64,000 bases of DNA from Patescibacteria group bacterium (GCA_039188945.1 JBCCYW010000004.1:2313-66312), one strand, 5' to 3'; positions 1-10,152 are shown, numbered from the stretch's first letter. The notes: generated by a model not told the origin, from the letters alone. Made by a program: numbers and translations.

Positions 1-197
1 GGCACTTCGTGCTTGGCGAATATACCATCAGTCGACAGCATTGCCACAAGCATAAATGGGAAACCGCAAACAAACAGTATGATCCCAATTGCATACTGTA
101 ACAAAACCATATTTTCGAAAGGGATAATGAACGGTGTCATCCCCAATACCATAAGCGTAATTCCAATCCAGATGCACCAGAATACAGACAGTTTCAT
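1..197 (-). CDS. Partial (N-terminal 65 aa) membrane protein running off window start; MKLSVFWCIWIGITLMVLGMTPFIIPFENMVLLQYAIGIILFVCGFPFML...
   Basis: Open frame from ATG at 197 to position 3 with no stop, GGGAGA RBS 8 nt upstream, two predicted TM helices; not in ORF track because truncated by window edge. The track ORF 28..210(-) is in another frame and looks less protein-like. Confidence 0.4.
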   Translation of the reverse strand, partial: MKLSVFWCIWIGITLMVLGMTPFIIPFENMVLLQYAIGIILFVCGFPFMLVAMLSTDGIFAKHEV

Positions 198-425
198 TGG
201 TTTCTCCCAAGCTGAAGTTACATTTTATCTAAATAAATTATAACACATTATTAATATAAAGCAAATTTAATCAGTGACACCCACACTCACCTCCTGTAAC
301 ATCAGAATACTCGATTTAACATATTCCCTCTCTCTATACAGTTCTGCACCACAAGAGTATTTCCATTTTCACAGTCGCTGCCACTCCTTGAAAATTAGGT
401 CAAAGTCAGGTTTCTTGCTCGAGCA

Positions 426-1376
426 TTACAACGAACACGCACCGTTTGTAACAGAAATGTCCCAATGAGTAGCTTCACGCACATATTCATTGCCACAACT
501 ATCAACATATCGTGGACCACCATGCGATCCTTCTCGAGTCCCAGATCTTGTCAGAGTAGTCTGGAGATAGTTATCAAGCGCCGGATTGTCGTCAAGATCA
601 ATCTTATATCCATTTGCATGACTAAAGTCTCCTCCAGCATGCCCACCTTCGGTCGCTCCAGTCACCACAATATTGCAGGTTGGGCAGGCGTTTCTAATAT
701 TTAGCGTTTGATTTACCGTATCTTCATTGATGCCACCCAAGGTCGTGCAACGATCGATTCCTGTGCAGTCAGTTCGAACTCCTGATGGGCCTTGGGTACT
801 GGTTACAACAATTCCAGCATTTTGCAGCTGACTCAGAGCTTCATCATGCTGTAGCTGCCCTTCACTCACCTCACCTGGCACAAAATCAGTCGGAGCTTCA
901 GTGGGGTCATCAAGAAAACTTTGCTCATCAACACCAGCTCCCACGAAGAACTGCACAGAGACTGTTTGTGTTTGGCACTGCACCTGTTGCCATGGTCCAT
1001 AGCCCGTAATTGTCCCTTGGTCACCAGGCAACAAGACTCGGAACAAAGTGTCGACCACAAGCCAAGCTGCCAAGACGATAATGAGGCCGATGATGGCGCT
1101 TGCAAAACGATCTTTGGCATATTCGCGCGCACTCACATCTCCAGCAGATATAACTAACTTAATACCAGCCACTGCCATCACAACTGCCACAAGCAGGAAT
1201 AAAATACCGATCAACCACGAAACAAACACATTCCCCATCGAAACCAAATTACAGAAGCTACAATTTGTTCCTTCGCAGGTGAGAAAATTTTGCGCCGTAA
1301 CCGACTCTGGGAGCGCTAGTCCAATGAAGAGAATCGTGATTGTGACAATAAGTGAAAATTTCATACTATAAATCAA
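426..1376 (-). CDS. Secreted VirB2/TrbC-like pilin N-terminal domain (signal peptide, CxxxxCxxC motif, TM-loop-TM) fused to C-terminal domain tentatively peptidase M15/VanY-like (SH-x-G...D, E-x-x-HW motifs) cell-wall hydrolase
   Basis: N-terminal ~110 aa paralogous to small pilins at 15540-17191 and to 1912..2829 (motif AIIGLII.LA.WL.VDT); C-terminal domain assignment is by weak motif recognition only. Confidence 0.6.
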   Translation of the reverse strand: MIYSMKFSLIVTITILFIGLALPESVTAQNFLTCEGTNCSFCNLVSMGNVFVSWLIGILFLLVAVVMAVAGIKLVISAGDVSAREYAKDRFASAIIGLIIVLAAWLVVDTLFRVLLPGDQGTITGYGPWQQVQCQTQTVSVQFFVGAGVDEQSFLDDPTEAPTDFVPGEVSEGQLQHDEALSQLQNAGIVVTSTQGPSGVRTDCTGIDRCTTLGGINEDTVNQTLNIRNACPTCNIVVTGATEGGHAGGDFSHANGYKIDLDDNPALDNYLQTTLTRSGTREGSHGGPRYVDSCGNEYVREATHWDISVTNGACSL

Positions 1377-1902
1377 TACTACCAGGACAAAAACTAAGCC
1401 CTAATTCTTTTGCTCCGAAGGTCTCGCTTACCCTTAAACTTGTAGCGACTCGAATGGTGAGCTGACATGCATCTGTCTCAGAAATACCTAGTTTTTCTAG
1501 CAGCTCTGCTTCAGCAGCTATCCTGGCTTGTTTAAGTGGTGGTGATTCAAGAGAGATAAGAAAACTCTCGTCAGGTGCGTGAAACAAGATTTCGTAGCCA
1601 GCTTCATTTAAGCTATTATCAGCAAATTTATAATTCTCTCCATCAAAAGTTACTGTTTCATGGAGTTTTTGTATGTTGTTAACGGTAACTGATCTACCCT
1701 GAGTACCTGACACTGAGATTCGATTTAATCCAGTTGTTACAGGAGGTGTCAAATTTGCCGACACCCCAAAGTCTTCACCAACCGGATCGTTATTAATAAA
1801 CTCATCGCTCTGCTCAGAGTCTCTGACTGACTCAACAGCCAAGAATATAATTCCGACGGCGAGTGCACTGATTATAATAATTGTTGCAAAGACTGTTTTC
1901 AT
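1366..1902 (-). CDS. Membrane-anchored secreted hypothetical protein (178 aa)
   Basis: ORF with N-terminal hydrophobic anchor; overlaps the start of the downstream gene by 11 nt and lies between the two pilin-fusion genes (operon on minus strand). Confidence 0.5.
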   Translation of the reverse strand: MKTVFATIIIISALAVGIIFLAVESVRDSEQSDEFINNDPVGEDFGVSANLTPPVTTGLNRISVSGTQGRSVTVNNIQKLHETVTFDGENYKFADNSLNEAGYEILFHAPDESFLISLESPPLKQARIAAEAELLEKLGISETDACQLTIRVATSLRVSETFGAKELGLSFCPGSIDL

Positions 1903-1911
1903 AATTGAAAA

Positions 1912-2829
1912 TTATGTTGCTAACCCACACACTCTCGCCGCAGACCAATCTGCCCATGGATTTGAAGGCTGACGGTTCGCTCTTCCATCATAAATTCTGC
2001 GAGCATTTGCTAAGTTACAACTCGGGGTTTTGGCAGCAGCAGCACACTGTTGGTAGAGACTCTGATTAACAATTGTTGCATTGTAGTTTCTGCCAGAAAA
2101 CGCTTCTGGGCAATTAAGAGTCCCTCCACCAGGACCACAGCCTCGAAGTTCATGAACGGAAATATTAATTTGAAATAATCCGAACGAAAAGGCTTCCCCG
2201 GTTGAAATACGGTCGGTTAAACTTTCGCTCTGTACGTTACCAGCACTCTCACCATTGCAAACCTGAGAAGCTTGTGACGCAAGTGTAGCGTCACCGAAAG
2301 TTGATTGTAAGCTATTTGCTGAACAAGGACCGCTCGAAATGACACTACAGCTACCATTTCCAGTTGGAGCACCAGAGCTTGATGGATCAATAGAAACACC
2401 TCCCCCGACAGTATTGAACGCTCTTGATTGCGGTTGGTCGACACACTGAATTTGATTCCAAGGGCCAAAACCACCAGTATTAAACAACAGTCGAACGACA
2501 GTATCTACAATCAGCCAACCAGCTAGCAATATGATTAAGCCGATAATTGCATTAGAGAGCATCTGTCGAGCTTTTTTATACTCAGTCACATTTCCACCAG
2601 ACATCACTAAGCGAAAGCCCGAGACAACAATAACAATTCCTGCTATTACTGAAACTATCGCGACAAAAAAGTTAACAATATTATTAACGAGCTGTACAAG
2701 GCGACAACTTTGACACTCATCGCCTGGCACGCCACTACACGGCACTAAGCCAGCTTGCGCAAATAGCTCGGCATTGGGTATAAGTAAAAAAGTAAAAACA
2801 ATAAGGCCGCCGATCAAAAGGCTTTTCAT
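1912..2829 (-). CDS. VirB2/TrbC-like pilin N-terminal domain fused to lysozyme-like / lytic transglycosylase (SLT)-like C-terminal domain
   Basis: Signal peptide, CSGVPGDECQSC motif, two TM helices with KARQMLSNAIIGLIILLAGWLIVDT (paralogous to other pilins in window); C-terminus has E-x-FSFGLFQIN and NYNAT resembling SLT motifs ES/GLMQ/AYNAG. Confidence 0.6.
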   Translation of the reverse strand: MKSLLIGGLIVFTFLLIPNAELFAQAGLVPCSGVPGDECQSCRLVQLVNNIVNFFVAIVSVIAGIVIVVSGFRLVMSGGNVTEYKKARQMLSNAIIGLIILLAGWLIVDTVVRLLFNTGGFGPWNQIQCVDQPQSRAFNTVGGGVSIDPSSSGAPTGNGSCSVISSGPCSANSLQSTFGDATLASQASQVCNGESAGNVQSESLTDRISTGEAFSFGLFQINISVHELRGCGPGGGTLNCPEAFSGRNYNATIVNQSLYQQCAAAAKTPSCNLANARRIYDGRANRQPSNPWADWSAARVCGLAT

Positions 2830-2934
2830 TACCCTTCATTGTACTATGGTGCCGAGTTGCCAAGCTAGTTTACTGTGATAATCTAGTGGCCACGTTGGGC
2901 CGCGCCTGCGGCGCGGCCCACAGAACTTGAAGAT

Positions 2935-2980
2935 GCGTCGGTGGCAGAGTGGATAAGAAATGAACTGCTTCATTTCTTAT
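2935..2980 (+). repeat. 18-nt exact copy of tRNA-Tyr 5' end (GCGTCGGTGGCAGAGTGG) followed by perfect hairpin ATAAGAAATGAA-CTGC-TTCATTTCTTAT, 160 nt upstream of the intact tRNA-Tyr
   Basis: Direct sequence identity with 3114-3131; hairpin seen in sequence. Confidence 0.7.
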
Positions 2981-3113
2981 CTGGTCTTCGAACGACAGTG
3001 AGAAGATTGACCGTTGTGAGCAAAGCGAGCCGGTCAAAGGAGGACAATGTAATTAATCACGGAGCTACCGTGCAAGATTTAGTTGTCTTCCGAATGAGTA
3101 CAATTAAATTTTT

Positions 3114-3196
3114 GCGTCGGTGGCAGAGTGGTCAATTGCAACGGACTGTAAATCCGTCGGATTTATCCTACGCTGGTTCGAATCCAGCCCGGCGCA
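3114..3196 (+). tRNA. tRNA-Tyr (anticodon GTA), long variable arm
   Basis: GCGTCGG acceptor pairing with CCGGCGC, anticodon loop CTGTAAA, T-arm GCTGG-TTCGAAT-CCAGC, 3' end CCGGCGCA (no encoded CCA). Confidence 0.85.
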
Positions 3197-3418
3197 CTAT
3201 GAAAATAAATATCAGCATCTTGCTGGTATTTATTTTTATCTTAGTGAGCCCTGGATTCGAGGTTTATGCCCGGGAGCGGTAGCGTACGGGTAAATCCAGC
3301 CTTATTTTACTTAGTAATACTTGACATAACATAAACTTCATGATAACATATGGTTGGCATTGCATTTCACTTACCAGATTGGCTGGTAACGTGGTAATGC
3401 ACCAGAAGGAGATTTGCC

Positions 3419-3865
3419 ATGACCACAATATCCCTGACCGGCGATCGTGACCTGCAAATCAGTGAGCTCAAGACGTTTCCAGAAAACAGGTGGCGGGAAG
3501 CAATCCTTCACTACCTGTTCGGGATATGGGCTGATAAAGAGAGCGTGACGTATCGTCCGAAGATCCACTTCGGCACGATGTGTCTGCGTCTCAATCAGGC
3601 CAGTCGTGAATACTTCGCCTACGGCTCCTCGCCGAATTGGGAAGTTCATCAGTCCTTTAGGGGAGAAGAGATTCTCATCACCGAGGGTTGCGGTCAAGAT
3701 GAAGTCGAGGGGGCGCTGATTAGGTTCGTGAAGAACGACCGCATCAGAATCCTTGCGATCACGCTTGGCAACGACCAGTTCCTGCGGCTCTGGAAGACAG
3801 ACAAGCGTAGTGAATATGGTTGTCACGGTGATGTCCCTTCCACGATGGAAGAGATGTCCTCGTAA
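3419..3865 (+). CDS. Hypothetical protein (148 aa), possible island cargo next to tRNA-Tyr
   Basis: AGGAGA RBS 7 nt upstream, protein-like composition; the fully overlapping antisense ORF 3371..3874 is Arg-rich and judged spurious; TTGACA-N17-TAACAT promoter-like at about 3320-3350. Confidence 0.5.
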   Translation: MTTISLTGDRDLQISELKTFPENRWREAILHYLFGIWADKESVTYRPKIHFGTMCLRLNQASREYFAYGSSPNWEVHQSFRGEEILITEGCGQDEVEGALIRFVKNDRIRILAITLGNDQFLRLWKTDKRSEYGCHGDVPSTMEEMSS

Positions 3866-4123
3866 GAGCCGCAACGGGCGACAGGTTTCAGAACAGCTAC
3901 CTTTGAATGCTGTTCATTCGGCCGCCACACCAGGAGGATGTGGTGGCTTTCACTTTTATGCAAACACCTCTTCTCTTCTAACAAAACTAGGTAAGAAACA
4001 GTACTCACTTTCTATAATTACAGTTCTAACCTTGAGCATCTCAGTGCACCACACAACAAACTTGCATTTGATTGAGGGTGTGGCAAGGTGAGGAGAGATA
4101 GAGAGGAGGAGGCTACATTGTCA

Positions 4124-4471
4124 CTTGTTATTGGGCTGGCCAACTTCTTGGCATTGAGAGTTGGTATCGTACTTGTAATTTTTGGCTTATTCCCGGCACT
4201 AAAAAACCGCCTGCTCTCTTTTGTTCCAAACCTAGTGCGCTTAAGTAGGGTCGTTATTGGAACAGGATTTATTGCAGTAGCGATCAGTATTATATGGCTC
4301 GGTAAAGAAGGCTGGGAGGAAACGGTCGAACACCACATTATCTGCTTTGCCTTAACACAAGATCCGGAAATAGTACGAGATATCTTGTCAGTACTTCCAA
4401 CCGAGACCAGGGACCCAACAGAGCAAGTCGATAGTAGGCCGAGTACGGTGAAAAAGAGACTATGTGAATAG
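4124..4471 (+). CDS. Small membrane protein (about 115 aa; track gives 4088 GTG start)
   Basis: Two or three TM helices; GAGGAGG SD 8 nt before TTG at 4124. Confidence 0.4.
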   Translation, partial: LVIGLANFLALRVGIVLVIFGLFPALKNRLLSFVPNLVRLSRVVIGTGFIAVAISIIWLGKEGWEETVEHHIICFALTQDPEIVRDILSVLPTETRDPTEQVDSRPSTVKKRLCE

Positions 4472-4508
4472 CAACCGGCCGCCCCTTGATGTGGGCGGCC
4501 GTTGATCG

Positions 4509-7217
4509 TTATACCTCTACCGAATCTTTGGTTTTCTTAGCGCTCGGTTTTTTAGTGGAGACGGTTTTTCGAGCTCTCTTCTTGATGTCGAACACCAGCT
4601 CATCATTCCCCTTTTTCATACTAACCTTCACGGTACCACCTTCAAGCATTCCCTCTCCTACCATCATGTTTGCTACTGGAGTGAGAATTTTACTCTGAAT
4701 GACGCGCTTGAGTGGTCGTGCACCCATCTTCGGGTCATAGCCTTCGCGAGCCAAGTAGTCCATTACATCTTTCGTCACCGTGAGCATAATTTCCTTATTC
4801 GCCAGGCGACGCTGTACTTCCCCTACCTGCATTTCAACAATACTGCGAATCGTTGAGGTACCGAGAATATCGAAGATAATTGTCTCATCGAGTCGGTTCA
4901 AGAATTCTGGTCGGAAAAAGCCTTTAAGCGTTTCCATTACCTTATCCTTCGCTTGGCCGTATTGCGCTTCTTCGCCATGGTCATGAGTAAAGCCAAAGTT
5001 CGACATTCGGTCGATATGCTCTGCTCCGATGTTTGAAGTCATAATAATGACGGTGTTTTTGAAGTTGACCTTCCGCCCCTTAGCGTCGGTAAGGTGACCA
5101 GAATCAAGGACCTGCAAGAGAATGTTAAACACTTCAGGATGCGCCTTCTCGATCTCATCAAGCAAGATCACTGAATACGGGCGATGGCGTACCTTCTCAG
5201 TAAAGCCACCACCCTCTTCATGACCAACGTACCCAGGCGGCGAACCAATCAATTTAGAAACTGAGTGCTTCTCCATAAACTCAGACATATCAATACGCAC
5301 CAACGCTTCAGTATCGTCAAACATGAATTCAGCCAGCGCTCGAGACAACTCAGTCTTTCCTACTCCGGTCGGACCAAGGAATAAGAACGAGCCGATCGGT
5401 CGATTCGGGTCAGCAATACCAGCGCGTGAGCGCTTGATAGCATCTGACACCAGCTTTACCGCATTATCTTGACCAACCACCTTCTCTTTTAGCTCTTCTT
5501 CCATACGCGCCAACTTGTTGGCCTCCGCCTCAAGCATGCGAGCTACCGGTACTCCAGTCCAGCGAGATACCACTGAGGCAATATCTTCTTCAGTAATTTC
5601 TTCTTTCAAGAGACGGCGGCTGCGCTGCAGTTTCTTGAGACGCTTCATCTTATCTGCAAGCTCTTTCTCCACGGCCGGGATCGTATCGTAGCGAATTTCA
5701 GCCGCACGAGTGAGGTCGGCAATTGCTTCAGCATTTTCAGCCTCAACCCGCAGCTCTTCGAGTTCTTTCTTAAGCGTACTCATTTCAGTGAGAGCCTCTT
5801 TTTCATTATTCCATTTCGTCTCCAAGGCTGAGGTCTTCTCACGCAATTCACCGACTTCCTTATCAATTTCCTTCAAGCGCGCTTTGAGCTTTCGTTTATT
5901 TTCGGATGTCTCCTCCTCTTTCTTCAAAGCTTCCTTTTCAATTTCCAAACGGCGAACCTGTCGATCAGCTACCACCAATTCCTCTGGCTTATTCTCGAGT
6001 GAGATTCGCAGCGCCGAAGCAGCTTCATCAATCAGGTCGACCGCCTTATCAGGCAAAAATCGATCGGTGATGTAGCGACTAGAGAGATTTACCGCTGAGA
6101 CTATGGCGTCGTCGGTAATGCGCACTCCGTGAAAGAGTTCATACTTCTCCGCAATACCACGCAAGATCGCGATCGCGTCTTCAGTGGATGGTTCATTAAC
6201 AAAGACTGGCTGGAAACGACGCGTCAGAGCTGGGTCGCGCTCGATGTGCTTCTGGTATTCCTTGAGTGTTGTAGCGCCAATCACGCGCATCTCACCCCGA
6301 GCGAGCGCCGGCTTGAGCATATTGCTGGCATCCATCGAGCCTTCGGCTTGGCCGGCGCCAACAATGGTATGTAATTCATCGATAAAGAGAATGACGCTAC
6401 CAGCTGAAGTTTCAACTTCTTTCATCACCGCCTTGAGGCGCTCTTCAAATTCGCCACGGAACTTGGTTCCAGCCACGAGGAGTCCGAGGTCGAGGGAGAG
6501 GATTTCTTTTTCTTTGACTGATTCTGGTACCTGAGAAAGAGCAATCTGTTGTGCGAGTCCTTCAGCAATCGCTGTCTTACCTACCCCAGCTTCGCCAATG
6601 AGAACTGGGTTGTTCTTCGTGCGACGCGAGAGAATTTGGATGACACGCTGCACTTCAACATCACGCCCAATTACTGGGTCGAGTTTATTCTCTTGCGCCA
6701 GTTTAGTGAGATTACGAGTGTACTTAGCGAGCGCCCGAAATTTCTTTGGTGCTTCTGCATCAGTGACATTATTCTCACGCAGCTCTTTGATGGTCTCAAT
6801 CACTCGACCCTTTTCAATTGAGACACGTTGCAAGACCTCAATCGCCGGACCGGGGAATTCAAGTGCTGCGATAAAAAGGTGTTCGACTCCTACATATGAG
6901 TCACCAAACTGCTCTGCCACCTGTCCTGAATGTTCTAGGGCTTTCGCGAGCTCAGGTGTGAGGTACAGCTGGTATGACTGTGAGATTGAGGAGCCCATGT
7001 CAGGACTTTCCAGCGCTTCAAGGAGTAGGTCGGTCAAGGCAATAACGTCGATATCGAGTCGGTCGAGCACCGAAATAACCGCACTCTCATCCTGCATGGT
7101 AAGAGCGGTCAAGAGATGAACCGGGCTGACGTGATTCTGGCCACGCTCAATCGCTAGTTCATGGGCTTTTCTAATGGCTTCTTTAGCTTTCGAGGTAAAG
7201 TTGTGAAAATTTGGCAT
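4509..7217 (-). CDS. clpB: ATP-dependent chaperone ClpB (two AAA+ modules with long middle coiled-coil)
   Basis: 902 aa; N-domain, Walker A GEAGVGKT and GPTGVGKT, coiled-coil M-domain, C-terminal GARPLKR motif. Confidence 0.95.
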   Translation of the reverse strand: MPNFHNFTSKAKEAIRKAHELAIERGQNHVSPVHLLTALTMQDESAVISVLDRLDIDVIALTDLLLEALESPDMGSSISQSYQLYLTPELAKALEHSGQVAEQFGDSYVGVEHLFIAALEFPGPAIEVLQRVSIEKGRVIETIKELRENNVTDAEAPKKFRALAKYTRNLTKLAQENKLDPVIGRDVEVQRVIQILSRRTKNNPVLIGEAGVGKTAIAEGLAQQIALSQVPESVKEKEILSLDLGLLVAGTKFRGEFEERLKAVMKEVETSAGSVILFIDELHTIVGAGQAEGSMDASNMLKPALARGEMRVIGATTLKEYQKHIERDPALTRRFQPVFVNEPSTEDAIAILRGIAEKYELFHGVRITDDAIVSAVNLSSRYITDRFLPDKAVDLIDEAASALRISLENKPEELVVADRQVRRLEIEKEALKKEEETSENKRKLKARLKEIDKEVGELREKTSALETKWNNEKEALTEMSTLKKELEELRVEAENAEAIADLTRAAEIRYDTIPAVEKELADKMKRLKKLQRSRRLLKEEITEEDIASVVSRWTGVPVARMLEAEANKLARMEEELKEKVVGQDNAVKLVSDAIKRSRAGIADPNRPIGSFLFLGPTGVGKTELSRALAEFMFDDTEALVRIDMSEFMEKHSVSKLIGSPPGYVGHEEGGGFTEKVRHRPYSVILLDEIEKAHPEVFNILLQVLDSGHLTDAKGRKVNFKNTVIIMTSNIGAEHIDRMSNFGFTHDHGEEAQYGQAKDKVMETLKGFFRPEFLNRLDETIIFDILGTSTIRSIVEMQVGEVQRRLANKEIMLTVTKDVMDYLAREGYDPKMGARPLKRVIQSKILTPVANMMVGEGMLEGGTVKVSMKKGNDELVFDIKKRARKTVSTKKPSAKKTKDSVEV

Positions 7218-7329
7218 AACGTTCTTAACTTCAGCTTACAAATTCAGTGAGGCGGTCGTTACAGTCGATGACGGTCGTACTAGTAGTACGGTTACAGTAA
7301 CCTTATATTACAACGTATTTTTAGGAGAG

Positions 7330-8538
7330 TCAAATACTGGTTGCCTTAGTTACGTGCTCCTTCAGCGTCTTCACCACGTAATCAATATCGGACTTCGAAA
7401 GTTCGGAACCGAGAGTGAAGCGGATGGTGGAGGTGGCGCGGGCGGCATCACCCGTAATGGTTTTTACTACTACGCTCTCACCGCCGCCCGCGCCACTACA
7501 CGCCGACTTTGTGCTCGCCGCAACCCCCTTACTATCAAGCACCACCACCGCGTACTCAGTGTCTAAACCAGGAATCGAAATATTTACATTATTTGCGACT
7601 CTATCCAGCCCAACCGGACCATTAAGCACCACTTCAGGAATTGCTTGCTGTAGCTCTGAAATAAAATAATCGCGCAGCTCTTTTGTTTCGCTCGCTCGCA
7701 TCTCATAATTTCCTTGTGCCAGTGAAAACGCTTCGACCCCTCCTACAATCAACGCAGTATTCTCGGTACCAGCTCGTACTCCGGTTTCTTGGCCGCCACC
7801 AAGAATCACCCCTTTGACCGACACACCGCGACGCAGCGCCAGCACGCCCATACCTTTTGGCCCAAAACACTTACCCGCATCGAGCGTCATCATATCTACC
7901 CCGAGCTGATCCATATCACACGAGAGCCATAGTGGAGCTTGTGCAGCATCGGCATGCAACAAGATATTCATATCTTGTTCCTGATTATATTTCTTAATCG
8001 CGCGAGCAATTCGTCGCACCGGCTGAACCACACCAACCTCACTATTTACGTACGCTAGCGATACCAGTACCACCTTCTCGTCAAGCAATTCCGATAGATG
8101 CTTTTCATCCACCTTTCCGGCTTCATCAACATTCACCCACGCCACCGTCACTCCCTGGTCCTCCAAATGCTTCAAAACTTCAATCACCGATGGATGCTCG
8201 AGCTTGGTTGAGATAATGGTGAGATCGCTAAACGACTTACCCTCTTCTTCTAGTAAATGTCGCACGTAGCCATAAATAGCTGTGTTATTAGCTTCAGTAC
8301 CACTACCGGTGAAGTAGACTCCTTCTGGACGAATATGCAGCAATCGGGCGAGTTTTTCTCGTGCTTCAGAAATTGCCACTTTAGCTTGCCTACCCTCAGC
8401 GTGAATCGCGCTCGGATTGCCAAACTGCTCTGCAAAGTACGGTTGCATAGCCTCGAGCACGCCTTTTCGCACCGGCGTAGCCGCCGCCATATCGAGGTAG
8501 AGTCGTTTTTTCTTCGGAACAAGAAACTTTCTAAACAT
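7330..8538 (-). CDS. Cysteine desulfurase (class V aminotransferase, NifS/IscS family)
   Basis: LYLDMAAATPV...SGTEANN...; start placed at MFRKFLVPKKKRLYLD (track ORF extends to 8604). Confidence 0.85.
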   Translation of the reverse strand: MFRKFLVPKKKRLYLDMAAATPVRKGVLEAMQPYFAEQFGNPSAIHAEGRQAKVAISEAREKLARLLHIRPEGVYFTGSGTEANNTAIYGYVRHLLEEEGKSFSDLTIISTKLEHPSVIEVLKHLEDQGVTVAWVNVDEAGKVDEKHLSELLDEKVVLVSLAYVNSEVGVVQPVRRIARAIKKYNQEQDMNILLHADAAQAPLWLSCDMDQLGVDMMTLDAGKCFGPKGMGVLALRRGVSVKGVILGGGQETGVRAGTENTALIVGGVEAFSLAQGNYEMRASETKELRDYFISELQQAIPEVVLNGPVGLDRVANNVNISIPGLDTEYAVVVLDSKGVAASTKSACSGAGGGESVVVKTITGDAARATSTIRFTLGSELSKSDIDYVVKTLKEHVTKATSI

Positions 8539-8646
8539 AGTAAAACTATCGTCGCATACCGTGCCAAATAAGCAAATATCTGCTATACTCGGCCCCGATT
8601 GCATCTACCGCCCGTATTGGTGCGGTTTATTGCTCTACAACCCTCT

Positions 8647-10152
8647 ATGGCGAAAAAAGGTAAGGCAACAACAGAAAACATCATCAAGCGACCACCGGTC
8701 GTGGTAGTTATGGGTCATATTGACCACGGTAAATCGACCCTCTTGGATTTCATTCGTAAAAGTAACGTGGTTGATGGTGAGGCTGGTGGCATTACTCAGC
8801 ACCTCTCAGCCTACGTGGTTCCTCATAAGACCAAAGAAGGCGCTGAGGAAACCATCACCTTCCTCGATACTCCCGGTCACGAAGCGTTCCAGAAAATGCG
8901 GCTTCGTGGCGCCGATGTAGCAGACGTAGCAATTTTAGTGGTGTCAGCTGAAGACGGTGTAAAGCCGCAGACCTTGGAGGCGCTTAAATCGATCCAAAAA
9001 GCAGAAATTCCGTTTATCGTTGCTATCAACAAAATTGATAAGCCAGGAGCAGATATCAACAAAACCCAGGCCAGCTTGATCGAGAACGAAATTTACATCG
9101 AAGGTATGGGTGGTGATATCCCATGGGCGCCAATTTCAGCCAAGACCGGTGAGGGGATCCCCGAACTCCTCGACTTAGTTATTCTAGCAGCCGACCTCGC
9201 TGAGCTTTCCGGGGACACCAACGCTCCAGCTGAAGGACAAGTGATTGAAGGTCACCTCGATAGTAAGCGCGGCAATACCGCTACTCTCATTGTGAAAAAC
9301 GGAACACTCAAAGGTGGTTTCTTTGTGGTTGCTGGTGCCAGTTTTGCGCCAGTTCGTATTATGGAAGACTTCAATGGCAAGCCGCTCAAGGAAGCCGGTC
9401 TTTCTACCCCAGCTGGTATTGTCGGTTTCAACGAAGTGCCAGAGGCTGGCCAGAGCTTTACAGTGGTGAAAAATAAGAAAGAAGCTGAAGCAGCGGTAGC
9501 CGCTTTCAATGAAGAAAGTGATACGGTGCGTAACTTTGCTGAGAGCAATCTGCCAATCGTACCAATTTTAATCAAAACTGATGTTTTGGGAACACTCGAT
9601 GCGATTCAGCACGAACTCGATAAATTTGAATCAGACCGAATTGCTATCCGCGTCATTGATAAAAGAGTCGGTGATGTTACTGCTACCGATGTTCAAAACG
9701 TCAGTGCCACTGAAAACGCCATTATCGTTGGGTTTAATGTAAAAGTAGAGCGAGCCGCTACCGACCTCGCTGAACGCTTGGGAGTAGAAATTGACACGTT
9801 CGACATCATTTACGAACTCGCCGAGTGGCTCAACACTGCCCTCAAGAATCGCACCCCAAAGATGGAAGAAGAGAAAGTAACCGGTAAAGCAAAGATCCTC
9901 AAACACTTTAGTACGCAAAAGTATACGCACGTTATGGGTGGTCGCGTTGAGGAAGGTGAACTAAAACTGGGACAGAACGTCCGCGTGATGCGTCGAGATA
10001 TTTTGGTTGGAAAAGGTGTGGTGAAAAACCTCCAGCAGATGAAGTCTGATGTTGACGTCGTAAAAGATGATGAGTTCGGTATGCAAATTGAATCACGCGA
10101 CGATATTGCACCCGGAGATATTATCGAAGCCTACGACATTGTTGTCACCTAA
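8647..10152 (+). CDS. infB: Translation initiation factor IF-2 (short form lacking N-terminal domains)
   Basis: VVVMGHIDHGKSTLLD G-domain, DTPGHEAF, NKIDK; start at MAKKGK chosen, track start 8599. Confidence 0.9.
   Translation: MAKKGKATTENIIKRPPVVVVMGHIDHGKSTLLDFIRKSNVVDGEAGGITQHLSAYVVPHKTKEGAEETITFLDTPGHEAFQKMRLRGADVADVAILVVSAEDGVKPQTLEALKSIQKAEIPFIVAINKIDKPGADINKTQASLIENEIYIEGMGGDIPWAPISAKTGEGIPELLDLVILAADLAELSGDTNAPAEGQVIEGHLDSKRGNTATLIVKNGTLKGGFFVVAGASFAPVRIMEDFNGKPLKEAGLSTPAGIVGFNEVPEAGQSFTVVKNKKEAEAAVAAFNEESDTVRNFAESNLPIVPILIKTDVLGTLDAIQHELDKFESDRIAIRVIDKRVGDVTATDVQNVSATENAIIVGFNVKVERAATDLAERLGVEIDTFDIIYELAEWLNTALKNRTPKMEEEKVTGKAKILKHFSTQKYTHVMGGRVEEGELKLGQNVRVMRRDILVGKGVVKNLQQMKSDVDVVKDDEFGMQIESRDDIAPGDIIEAYDIVVT

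Noticed and set aside
2953-2980. Group I intron or split tRNA interpretation of the first tRNA-Tyr-like segment
   Set aside because: No anticodon arm, T arm or 3' acceptor strand follows within 170 nt, and an intact tRNA-Tyr lies just downstream, so this is a 5' fragment, not an intron-containing gene
2941-3282. 113-aa ORF spanning tRNA-Tyr and its 5' copy
   Set aside because: Overlaps a clear tRNA gene and hairpins; spurious
3371-3874. 167-aa ORF on minus strand fully antisense to 3419..3865
   Set aside because: Arg/Leu-rich antisense-type composition and no RBS; the plus-strand ORF has a good RBS and protein-like composition
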